NCBI GenBank assembly: GCA_039814655.1
Contig: JBCCAW010000002.1
Location: 1 to 42,768 of the forward strand
DNA length: 42,768 nucleotides
Direction of reading: 5' to 3'
Origin: Myxococcota bacterium
Lineage (GTDB): Bacteria > Myxococcota_A > Polyangia > Polyangiales > Houyiibacteriaceae
Shown here piece by piece: positions 27,792-35,254 of the stretch; position 1 is the stretch's first letter; every line of letters begins with the position of its first letter. The translations under genes and the position numbers were made by a program. The notes below the pieces were generated by a model. That model was not told the DNA's origin. It saw nothing but the letters and a program-made list of their open reading frames with translations, and ran no database searches.

Positions 27792-28862
27792 ATGAGCAGC
27801 GAAGCGTCCAACGTCCTCGACATCGGCCAGCGCAAGGCCGACCACCTCGACCTCTGCGCCACCGACGCCGTGGCCTTCAAGAAGGTGACGACGCTCCTCG
27901 AGGAGGTGCGGCTGGTGCATCAGTCGCTTCCGGACCTCGACGTCGATAGCGTGGACCTGTCGACGACGCTGCTCGGCAAGACGCTCCGGGCGCCCATCGT
28001 CATCGCGGCCATGACCGGCGGCCACGAGCGGGCGGCGGAGGTGAACCACACGCTTGCCTCCATCGCGAACGACCGGGGCTACGGCTTCGGCCTCGGGTCC
28101 CAGCGAGCCATGCAGAAGCGTCCCGACACGGCCTGGACCTTCCAGGTGCGGGAGAAGGCGCCGGACGTGCTGCTGATGGGCAACGTGGGCGTGGTGCAGG
28201 CGCGGGACATGGACGTGGAGATCATCGCGACGATGATCGAGCAGGTCGGGGCCGACGCGCTCTGCGTGCACCTGAACCCGGCCATGGAGCTCGTGCAGCC
28301 CGGCGGCGACCGGGACTTCACGCGGGGCACGGAGACCATCGCGCGCCTCGTGAAGGCGCTGCCCGTGCCCGTGGTGGGCAAGGAGACGGGCAACGGCATC
28401 AGCGTGGAGACGGCGCGGAAGCTCCGCGACGCGGGCGTCAGCACCGTGGACACGAGCGGCGCCGGCGGCACGAGCTGGGTGGGTGTGGAGACGCTCCGGG
28501 CCGAGGGCGATCAGAAGACGCTGGGCGAGATGCTCTGGGATTGGGGCGTGCCGACGGCGGCGAGCGTGCACAACGTGGTGCGCTGCGGCATGCACGCCAT
28601 CGCGACCGGCGGCATGAAGAACGGCTACGACGTGGCTCGGGCCATCGCGCTCGGCGCGAGCGCCGGGGGATTCGCGCGGCAGGTGTTCCAGGCCTTCGTG
28701 AGTGGCGGCCGCGACGGCGCCGAGGCCTTCTTGAACCGGGTGGAGAACGAACTCCGGGCGGTGATGCTCCTGAGCGGAGCGCAGACCGTGGACGAGCTCC
28801 GCCGCGCCCCGCGCATGATCGGCCCCCAGCTCCGCGAATGGATGACCCTCACCGACCGCTGA
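27792..28862 (+). CDS. fni: Type 2 isopentenyl-diphosphate delta-isomerase (FMN-dependent)
   Basis: QRKADHLDLC, AAMTGG, VGKETGNGIS and DTSGAGGTSW match IDI-2 signatures. ATG 27792 has GGAG 5 nt upstream; an alternative ATG is at 27774. Confidence 0.85.
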   Translation: MSSEASNVLDIGQRKADHLDLCATDAVAFKKVTTLLEEVRLVHQSLPDLDVDSVDLSTTLLGKTLRAPIVIAAMTGGHERAAEVNHTLASIANDRGYGFGLGSQRAMQKRPDTAWTFQVREKAPDVLLMGNVGVVQARDMDVEIIATMIEQVGADALCVHLNPAMELVQPGGDRDFTRGTETIARLVKALPVPVVGKETGNGISVETARKLRDAGVSTVDTSGAGGTSWVGVETLRAEGDQKTLGEMLWDWGVPTAASVHNVVRCGMHAIATGGMKNGYDVARAIALGASAGGFARQVFQAFVSGGRDGAEAFLNRVENELRAVMLLSGAQTVDELRRAPRMIGPQLREWMTLTDR

Positions 28863-28869
28863 GCGCTGA

Positions 28870-28960
28870 GGGGACGGACCCGACCAACCGAACAAACGCC
28901 CCCAAAACCCGTGTGGTTTCAAGCCCGCATCGGGGACGGACCCGACTAACCGAACCAAGG
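28870..28960 (+). repeat. Left arm of a roughly 91-nt inverted repeat flanking sctS, with two direct copies of a 27-nt core
   Basis: Core GGGGACGGACCCGACYAACCGAAC occurs at 28870 and 28932. The whole arm matches the reverse complement of 29279-29370 along most of its length, apart from a divergent central segment. Confidence 0.85.
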
Positions 28961-28989
28961 CCCCGGGCCCCGGCACCCGCGGGCCCTGG

Positions 28990-28995
28990 TACGCT
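28990..28995 (+). promoter_or_regulatory. -10-like hexamer TACGCT, 6 nt upstream of the sctS ATG (candidate leaderless promoter)
   Basis: Reads GGTACGCT-TCCCCC-ATG. This fits TAnnnT with no SD. It lies between the left repeat arm and sctS. Confidence 0.3.
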
Positions 28996-29001
28996 TCCCC
29001 C

Positions 29002-29271
29002 ATGAACGGGGCGGAGCTCGGGAGGCTGGCGGCGGAAGCCCTGTACCTGGTGCTGCTCGTCTCGGCCCCGGCTCTGCTCGTGAGCCTCGCCGTCGGCCTG
29101 AGCGTCGGACTTCTCCAGGCCGTGACCCAGGTGCAGGAGCAGACGCTGAGCTTCGTGCCGAAGCTCGCAGGCGTCGCCATCGCGCTCGTCGTGGGCGGCG
29201 GCTGGATGGGCGCGCAGCTGATTCGCTTCACGTCGCGGCTCTGGGAGAGCCTGCCGCTGCTCTTCCCATGA
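29002..29271 (+). CDS. sctS: Type III secretion export-gate protein SctS (FliQ/YscS family)
   Basis: 89 aa. LLVSAPALLVSLAVGLSVGLLQAVTQVQEQTLSFVPKLAGVAIAL is an almost textbook FliQ/YscS core (QA.TQ.QEQTL.FVPK). Confidence 0.9.
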   Translation: MNGAELGRLAAEALYLVLLVSAPALLVSLAVGLSVGLLQAVTQVQEQTLSFVPKLAGVAIALVVGGGWMGAQLIRFTSRLWESLPLLFP

Positions 29272-29278
29272 TCGCGCG

Positions 29279-29370
29279 CTTGGTTCGCTTAGTCGGGTCC
29301 GTCCCCGCTGCGGGGCCCGAGATGATTGGGGTTTCGGGGGCGGTTGGTTCGGTTAGTCGGGTCCGTCCCC
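29279..29370 (-). repeat. Right arm of the inverted repeat flanking sctS (two copies of the core in reverse orientation)
   Basis: GTCGGGTCCGTCCCC occurs at 29291-29305 and 29356-29370. The arm lies wholly within the 117-nt sctS-sctT spacer. Confidence 0.85.
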
Positions 29371-29388
29371 TTGCTTGAGGCGGTGTTG

Positions 29389-30174
29389 ATGGTGCTGGGG
29401 CTCGAGGATGGGCGGGTCCTTTCCCTCGGGGCGCTCACGGCGGCACGCGTGGCGCCGCTCACCGTCGTCGCGCCCTGGCTCATGGTGCGCGACGCGCCGG
29501 CCCTGGTGCGGAGCGGCGTCATTTTGGCGCTCACCGTCGCCTTCGCGCCCTTGGCCTTCGCCTCGGCGCCGGCGACGCTCCAGGTGCCCTTCGTCGTCGC
29601 GCTGGTTCGCGAAGGCCTCATCGGCACCTGCTTTGCCTTCGCGACGGCGCTGCCCTTCTACGCCTTCGATTTCGCCGGCCGCCTCGTCGACACCTGGCGC
29701 GGCGCCGGCCTCGCCGAGGTCATCGCGCCCCCGACGGGCGAACGCACGAGCCCCCTCGGCGACCTCCAGCTCCTCGCCGCCGTCGCGCTCTTCGCCACGC
29801 TCGGAGGCCACCGCCTCGCGCTCCTGGCCTTCGCCGAAGGCCTGACCATCGCGCCCGTCGGCGCCACGCCCCTCGCCGGAGGGACCGCGAGCGTGGCCCT
29901 CGGCGCCGCCGCGCTCTCGGGAGCCGCGCTGGCGTTCGCCGCCGCCGTTGCCGCGCCCGCCGCCGCCGCCATCGTGCTCGTGGAAGCGAGCCTCGGCCTC
30001 GTCGCCCGGGCCACTCCGCAGATTCCCGTCTTCTTCGCCGGCATGCCGCTCCGCGCCGCCGCGGGTCTCCTGGGCGCGCTACTCGCCGCCGCCGCCCTCG
30101 GCGACACGCTCGCGCCAGCCCTCGCCGAAGGGCTGCGCACGGCGACCGATTGGTTGCGGGCCTTTGCTCGCTGA
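29389..30174 (+). CDS. sctT: Type III secretion export-gate protein SctT (FliR/YscT family)
   Basis: 261 aa from ATG 29389 (the track ORF starts at 29326 inside the repeat). Polytopic membrane protein. LVREGLIGTCFAF..FDFAGRLVD and LVEASLGLVARATPQIPVFFAGMPLRAAAGLL match FliR/YscT blocks (..R..PQ.n.F..g.P.k). Position after sctS supports the call. Confidence 0.8.
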   Translation: MVLGLEDGRVLSLGALTAARVAPLTVVAPWLMVRDAPALVRSGVILALTVAFAPLAFASAPATLQVPFVVALVREGLIGTCFAFATALPFYAFDFAGRLVDTWRGAGLAEVIAPPTGERTSPLGDLQLLAAVALFATLGGHRLALLAFAEGLTIAPVGATPLAGGTASVALGAAALSGAALAFAAAVAAPAAAAIVLVEASLGLVARATPQIPVFFAGMPLRAAAGLLGALLAAAALGDTLAPALAEGLRTATDWLRAFAR

Positions 30175-30216
30175 CCCTTGACGGTGCGCCCCACCCGCCG
30201 GTTCACTCGGCGGCCC

Positions 30217-30774
30217 ATGGCCCGCATCGAGACGCTCATCGACGAGACCACCCTTCGTCACCGGGTCCAGCAGCTGGGCACGCAGATCACCGAAGACCAC
30301 GCCGAGCTCGAAAGCGAGCTCATGGTGGTGCCCGTGCTCACCGGGAGCTTCATCTTCGCGGCGGATCTGGTGCGCCACATCGACCTGCCGCTCTCCGTGG
30401 ACTTCCTCGGGCTCCGCTCCTACGTGGGCACGAGGTCGAGCGGCATCGTCGAGATCACCAAGGACCTCACGCGGAGCCTCACGGGCCGCCACGTGCTCAT
30501 CGTGGAGGACATCGTCGATACGGGGCTCACCATGCGCTACCTCCTCGAGAACCTCCGCACGCGACAGCCCGCCTCGGTCAAGCTCGCGTCGCTGCTGCAC
30601 AAGCCGGCGCGCACGGAGGTCGCCGTGGACATCGATTACCTCGGCTTCACCATCGAAGACGTCTTCGTCGTCGGCTACGGCCTCGACTTCGACCAGCGCT
30701 TTCGAAACCTCCCCTTCCTCGGCCTCGCGCATCCCGACGAAGCCCCCGGCGCCGCCCCCGAGTCCACGACGTGA
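30217..30774 (+). CDS. hpt: Hypoxanthine-guanine phosphoribosyltransferase
   Basis: [17 protein letters not shown]-binding motif [14 protein letters not shown], and [20 protein letters not shown] 30217. Confidence 0.88.
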   Translation: MARIETLIDETTLRHRVQQLGTQITEDHAELESELMVVPVLTGSFIFAADLVRHIDLPLSVDFLGLRSYVGTRSSGIVEITKDLTRSLTGRHVLIVEDIVDTGLTMRYLLENLRTRQPASVKLASLLHKPARTEVAVDIDYLGFTIEDVFVVGYGLDFDQRFRNLPFLGLAHPDEAPGAAPESTT

Positions 30775-31091
30775 GCGACAAGAACCAAAAGCGCCTCGCC
30801 ATGCTCGAGGCGATGATCGCCAAGGGCACGGACGACCCCTTCGTGCACTACGCCCGCGCCATGGCCCTGCGCGGGCTCGACCGCCGCGAGGACGCCCTGG
30901 CCGCCTTTGCCGACGTCGAGACGCGCTTCCCCGGCTACGTGCCCACCTACCTCATGGCCGGGCAGGTCGCCGGCGAGCTCGAACGCGAAGACGACGCACG
31001 GGCCTGGTTCGAGCGCGGCCTCGCTAAGGCCCGGGACGCCGGCGACGGTCACGCCGAGGGCGAGCTCGAGGCCGCCCTCGCCGAGCTCTGA
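30771..31091 (+). CDS. Small TPR-like repeat protein (106 aa)
   Basis: GTG 30771 overlaps the hpt stop (GTGA). Helical-repeat composition: [54 protein letters not shown]. Confidence 0.45.
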   Translation: MSDKNQKRLAMLEAMIAKGTDDPFVHYARAMALRGLDRREDALAAFADVETRFPGYVPTYLMAGQVAGELEREDDARAWFERGLAKARDAGDGHAEGELEAALAEL

Positions 31092-31244
31092 CCGACGCTC
31101 AGCGCGTCGCCCGGCCTGACGCGTCGACCAGCGGCCCCGCGAGCGCCGTGCAAGTCGCCGCGCGGATATCCGCCTGGCGCCCGGTGCCGAACCAGACACT
31201 GCCGCTCCCGCCGCCAGTTGCGCGGCGGAGCGAGGGCAGGCGTC

Positions 31245-31868
31245 TCAGGCTGGCCGAGCCGGCTGGCGTGCGACGCCGAACACGAGGGGAACGAGCTGAA
31301 AAGGCGTCGGCCCGACCTTGCGCTCGAGGGAGGCGAGCTCGAAGCCCGCCTCCCGGATGCGCCGCGGCGTGTCCCGGCTGAGCTCGCAGCCGCAACCGAG
31401 ACGCCGCTGCAGCGGGTCGAGGCGGCGCTGCCACGCGGCGACCGCGGGCTCTTCGCTCATGACGTGCTCGACGAAGTGGAAGGTCCCGCCGGGCTTCAGC
31501 ACCCGGCGAAGCTCGGCGAGCACGGCGCCTGGGTCGCCCACGGAGCAGAGCGTCAGCGTGCACACGGCCGCGTCGAAGCGCTGGTCCTCGAGGGGCAGCG
31601 CTTCGCCGCGCGCGTCGATCACCGCCGTGTCGAAAGGCGCCGCCGCCAAGAGCGGCGCCGTACGCCGGTTCATGGCCGCCGAGGGCTCGACCACCGTCAG
31701 GCTGCGAACGGCCGGCCCATAATGAGGCAGCGTTTTGCCCATGCCGAAGCCGATCTCCAGCACGTCGCCCTGCGCGCCGGCCACCACCCGGCCCACGAGC
31801 GCCCGGAGCTTGGGCCCCTCGAGCGTCGTGACGAGCCAGGGAAACACGCGGTCCTCGTAGATGCCCAT
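31245..31868 (-). CDS. Class I SAM-dependent methyltransferase
   Basis: Motif I VLEIGFGMG, post-I VVEPS, and LKPGGTFHFVEH. ATG 31868 is preceded by a purine-rich SD (GGGAGAGAGAAGGG). Confidence 0.8.
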   Translation of the reverse strand: MGIYEDRVFPWLVTTLEGPKLRALVGRVVAGAQGDVLEIGFGMGKTLPHYGPAVRSLTVVEPSAAMNRRTAPLLAAAPFDTAVIDARGEALPLEDQRFDAAVCTLTLCSVGDPGAVLAELRRVLKPGGTFHFVEHVMSEEPAVAAWQRRLDPLQRRLGCGCELSRDTPRRIREAGFELASLERKVGPTPFQLVPLVFGVARQPARPA

Positions 31869-31955
31869 GGAGCCCTTCTCTCTCCCTTCCCGGGCGCGTC
31901 GCAAGGGCCGGCGAGGCGTTGCGGAGGCGTCGTGGACCCACCTCGAACGTGGGGT

Positions 31956-31961
31956 TAGGCT
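31956..31961 (+). promoter_or_regulatory. -10-like hexamer TAGGCT, 7 nt upstream of ATG 31969 (candidate leaderless promoter)
   Basis: Reads GGTTAGGCT-GCGCGCC-ATG. This fits TAnnnT, and no SD is present. Confidence 0.3.
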
Positions 31962-31968
31962 GCGCGCC

Positions 31969-33873
31969 ATGGTCTCCGGGTTCCCCGCCCGCTTTCTTTC
32001 CTTCGTCGCCCTCGCCGCGCTCGCCCTCCCGGGCCGGGCATCGGCCCAGGACCGCGTGCTCGAGGTGGAGTTCACGCCGACGGAGCGCGCGCAGCTCGCC
32101 GTCTGGCTCGAAGCGGAAGACGGCAGCTTCGTCCGCACGCTCTTGCTCACGAACGCCGTGGGCAAGTACGGCATCGGCAACCGGCCCGGAGCGCTCCAGA
32201 TGAACAGCGGCTACCGCTGGCCCTACGGCCGCCGGGAAGGCGCGCTGCCGGTCTGGGGCCATCGCCGCGCCGACGCGCAGGGGCCTTTCGCCCGCGTCAT
32301 CTTCCAGGACCGCCGCTCCGAGGGCTACGCGAGCCGCACCTCGTCGGACTTCTCGCCGGACGCCTACTTTTGCCTGAGCTTCGACCGGGCGCTGAGTGAC
32401 CGGGACGCCCTCGACGCCGTCACCTGCGCCAGCCAGTTCAACAGCGACAAGGGCCGCTACATCACCGACGACGACGTCGACGCCGGCTACACGGAGCCGT
32501 GGATCGACGAGGCCGGCGCCGCCGGAGACCGGGCGCTCACGCTGACGAGCGTGTACCCGCCGCGGCGCGACCTCGGGGACCCGGTGCTCTCGGACCATCC
32601 GGACGTGGCCCGCTTCGCTGGCGACGCACGGGACGTGATGCCCGAGATCGACGCGGTCACCACGGCCACGCTCCCCGGCGACACGCGGCGCCGGCTCACC
32701 TTCGCGGTGCCCGACGACATCCCCGACGGCGCCTACCTGGTCTGGCTCGAGGTGAACACGGAGGGCGACTACAGCGACGCCTGGGGCCCGGAGCGCTTCC
32801 CGGGACCCACGGACCCGACGGGGACCCGCTGGGACACCTGGGCCGTGAACTTCGGCTACCCCTACCGCGGTCAGCCCTCGGTGGTCTACGCGGTGCCCAT
32901 CACGCTCAGCGGCGCCGAAGACGAGGCCGGCACGGCGACGCCCGTGGGCTATGGCGACCTCGAGGGCGAGACCGGCACGCTCCGCGCCATGGACGCCACC
33001 ATCGCGGCGGACCCGGACAGGGCCCCCGGGAGCGGTACGGACCGGCTCCGCATCGACGGGCAGAGCGGCCACCGGCTCGTGGTGCGGGTCGTGGGCACCA
33101 ACGTCTGCGAGGCGCCCAACCCGCCGCCGGAGTGCGGCGCGGCCTGCACCGCCGTGGACGGCTGCGGCGAGGGCTTCCTCTGCGACGTGGGCGCCGGCAC
33201 CTGCGTGGGCCGCTGTGAGCTCGACGCGACGCCGGACGCCATCGCGGATCTTGGGGCCCGGGCAGACGCGGACCGCAGCTGGGACCGCGCGCAAGTGGAG
33301 CTCACGCTCCCGAGCTCGCTCCGCGGTCTCGGCGAGGTCGAGATTCGCGTCTCCCCCGATCCCTTCGACGGAAGCGTGCCCTTCGAATCCTGGGGCGTGA
33401 CCGCCAAGACCTACAGCGAAGACAACGAGGAGGAGACCTTCCAGCTCCTGCTCCAGGCCGAGCAGCTCGCGGCCCTCGGCGCCGGGCCTGGCGACCGCAT
33501 CGCCGTCGACCTCGCCGGCCTCGCCTTCGCCAGCACGCACTACGTGGGCGTACGCGCCAAGGACGAGTGCGGCCGCGCCGGCCCCGTCGCCACGGCCCAG
33601 CTCCAGACCACGGAGATCGTCTTCGAGACCGTGTCGCCCTGCTTCGTGGCGACGGCCAGCTACGGCACGCCCCAGGCCGAAGAGATCGGCGTGCTCCGGC
33701 GCTTCCGGGACCGCTACCTGCGCAGCACATCCCTCGGCGAAGAGCTCACGCAGGCCTACTACGCGCACGGGCCCGTGCTCGCTGCCGAAGTGCGCGAAAG
33801 CGAGACGCTCCGGCGCGTGAGCCGCTCGGTGCTGGAGCCCGTGCTGGCCTTCGCGGAGTGGCTCGAGCGATGA
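31969..33873 (+). CDS. Large secreted multidomain protein: DUF2271-like N-terminus, Cys-rich central module, C-terminal CFVATASYG..LRRFRDRYL module
   Basis: Signal peptide MVSGFPARFLSFVALAALALPGRASAQ. LEVEFTPTERAQLAVWLEAEDGSFVRTLLL resembles DUF2271 (low certainty). Cys cluster CEAPNPPPECGAACTAVDGCGEGFLCDVGAGTCVGRC. The stop overlaps the next start (ATGA). Confidence 0.6.
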   Translation: MVSGFPARFLSFVALAALALPGRASAQDRVLEVEFTPTERAQLAVWLEAEDGSFVRTLLLTNAVGKYGIGNRPGALQMNSGYRWPYGRREGALPVWGHRRADAQGPFARVIFQDRRSEGYASRTSSDFSPDAYFCLSFDRALSDRDALDAVTCASQFNSDKGRYITDDDVDAGYTEPWIDEAGAAGDRALTLTSVYPPRRDLGDPVLSDHPDVARFAGDARDVMPEIDAVTTATLPGDTRRRLTFAVPDDIPDGAYLVWLEVNTEGDYSDAWGPERFPGPTDPTGTRWDTWAVNFGYPYRGQPSVVYAVPITLSGAEDEAGTATPVGYGDLEGETGTLRAMDATIAADPDRAPGSGTDRLRIDGQSGHRLVVRVVGTNVCEAPNPPPECGAACTAVDGCGEGFLCDVGAGTCVGRCELDATPDAIADLGARADADRSWDRAQVELTLPSSLRGLGEVEIRVSPDPFDGSVPFESWGVTAKTYSEDNEEETFQLLLQAEQLAALGAGPGDRIAVDLAGLAFASTHYVGVRAKDECGRAGPVATAQLQTTEIVFETVSPCFVATASYGTPQAEEIGVLRRFRDRYLRSTSLGEELTQAYYAHGPVLAAEVRESETLRRVSRSVLEPVLAFAEWLER

Positions 33874-34079
33874 CGCGGCTCCTCCTCGCGCTCGGCCTCG
33901 CGGCCTCGCTGGCCGGCTGCGCCACCGTCGCGCCCTACGAGCGCGAAGACCTCGCCAAGCCTGGGATGGACCTCGAACGCGAAGGCGTCGAGACCGGCTT
34001 CCGCGCCCACGTGCACGACGCCCGCGAGGGCGCCACGGGCGGCCACGGCTCCTCCGGCGGCGGCTGCGGCTGCAATTGA
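33870..34079 (+). CDS. DUF4266-like small lipoprotein ending in GGGCGCN
   Basis: 69 aa. MTRLLLALGLAASLAGCATVAPYEREDLAKPGMD... ends with the terminal motif SSGGGCGCN, which I recognise as the DUF4266 family signature. ATGA overlap upstream and TTGA overlap downstream. Confidence 0.75.
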   Translation: MTRLLLALGLAASLAGCATVAPYEREDLAKPGMDLEREGVETGFRAHVHDAREGATGGHGSSGGGCGCN

Positions 34080-35254
34080 GCGCGCACGTGCGTCGTCGCC
34101 TTTCGCTCCTCGCCGCGCTCGCCGCGCTCGCCGCGGCTCCCGGCGCCGCCGACGAGGCCAGCGGCGATTGGACCGGCGCCCTCGAGCTGCGCGGCAACTA
34201 CTACTGGGAGACGTCGACGCGCGTGGTCGCGCCTTCCCTCGACGTAGGCCTCGAGGCGCCCAACGGGACGCGCTTTGGCGTCGAGTACCTCGTCGACGCG
34301 ATCACGAGCGCGAGCCAGGCCGCCGGCGCGCTCACGGACAACCGCTTCACGGAGATTCGCCATCAGGGCAGCGGCCGCGTGAGCCACGAGCTCGAGCTCC
34401 GGAGCGGCCAGTTCCTGACCCTCGGCGGCGGCTTCTACGCGAGCCGGGAGCCGGACTACCGGAGCGGCGGCGTGAGCCTCCTGGGCGCGCTCTCGACCGC
34501 GGACCGGCAAACGACCCTCGGCTTCAACGCTTCGTTCCTTCATGACGAGGTGCGCCAGCTCTTCCGCACCGGTTCGCGCGTGTCCCCGAACCCCATGGGC
34601 GGCACGGACGCCAACCGCTTCGCGGAGAACTTCGACGCCATGACGCTGGCGGGCACCGTGGAGCACATCCTGACGCCGCAGCTCTACGTGCAGGCCGGCT
34701 ACCAGTACGCCTACCTCAACGGGTTCCTCGCGAACCCGTACCGGCGCGTGCCCCTGGGCGACGTGACGGCGCGCGAGGGCACCGTCACCGAGGTGCATCC
34801 CGGCGTGCGCCGCCGGCACACGCTGCACGCGCGCCTCGCCTATTACATTCGCGCCACGGGCACGTCCCTGCACCTGGCCATGCGCGGCTACGCCGACAGC
34901 TGGGACGTTCGCGCCGTCACTCCGGAAGTGCGCCTCTACCAGGAGCTCGGCGAGGACGCGCTCGTGCGCCTTCGTTACCGCCACTACAACCAGTCGGCGG
35001 CGTTCTTCTACCAGGACGTCTACGTGCCGACGGACGTCGACGACGGCGACGTGGCCACCTTCGACCCGAAGATGAGCAACTTCCACAGCCACCTGGCGGG
35101 CTTTCAGCTCCGGCTGCGCGGCGGCTTCTTGGCCGGCACGGTGCTCGACGGGCTTCGCGACGCGACCCTCGACTTCAACCTCTCGTACATCTGGAACACG
35201 AACCGCTTCGGCAACGGCGTCATCGGCAGCGCCGGCCTCACGGTTCCGTTCTGA
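34076..35254 (+). CDS. DUF3570-like outer-membrane beta-barrel protein
   Basis: Signal peptide RRRLSLLAALAALAAAPGAADE (TTG 34076 or GTG 34088). Repeated Y/G-rich amphipathic strands. C-terminal ...SAGLTVPF has the terminal Phe typical of OMPs. Its position directly after a DUF4266-like gene matches the known co-occurrence. Confidence 0.7.
   Translation: MSAHVRRRLSLLAALAALAAAPGAADEASGDWTGALELRGNYYWETSTRVVAPSLDVGLEAPNGTRFGVEYLVDAITSASQAAGALTDNRFTEIRHQGSGRVSHELELRSGQFLTLGGGFYASREPDYRSGGVSLLGALSTADRQTTLGFNASFLHDEVRQLFRTGSRVSPNPMGGTDANRFAENFDAMTLAGTVEHILTPQLYVQAGYQYAYLNGFLANPYRRVPLGDVTAREGTVTEVHPGVRRRHTLHARLAYYIRATGTSLHLAMRGYADSWDVRAVTPEVRLYQELGEDALVRLRYRHYNQSAAFFYQDVYVPTDVDDGDVATFDPKMSNFHSHLAGFQLRLRGGFLAGTVLDGLRDATLDFNLSYIWNTNRFGNGVIGSAGLTVPF

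Noticed and set aside
26381-29231. 448-aa and 636-aa minus-strand ORFs over the polyprenyl synthase and fni genes
   Set aside because: They are out of frame or antisense to genes with canonical DDxxD and IDI-2 motifs. Their translations are dominated by Arg/Pro/Ala/Gly runs.
31099-34197. 1032-aa minus-strand ORF spanning the methyltransferase-to-DUF4266 region
   Set aside because: It overlaps four well-supported genes on both strands and has extreme Arg/Ala/Gly/Pro composition with no domain signatures. It is a GC artefact.
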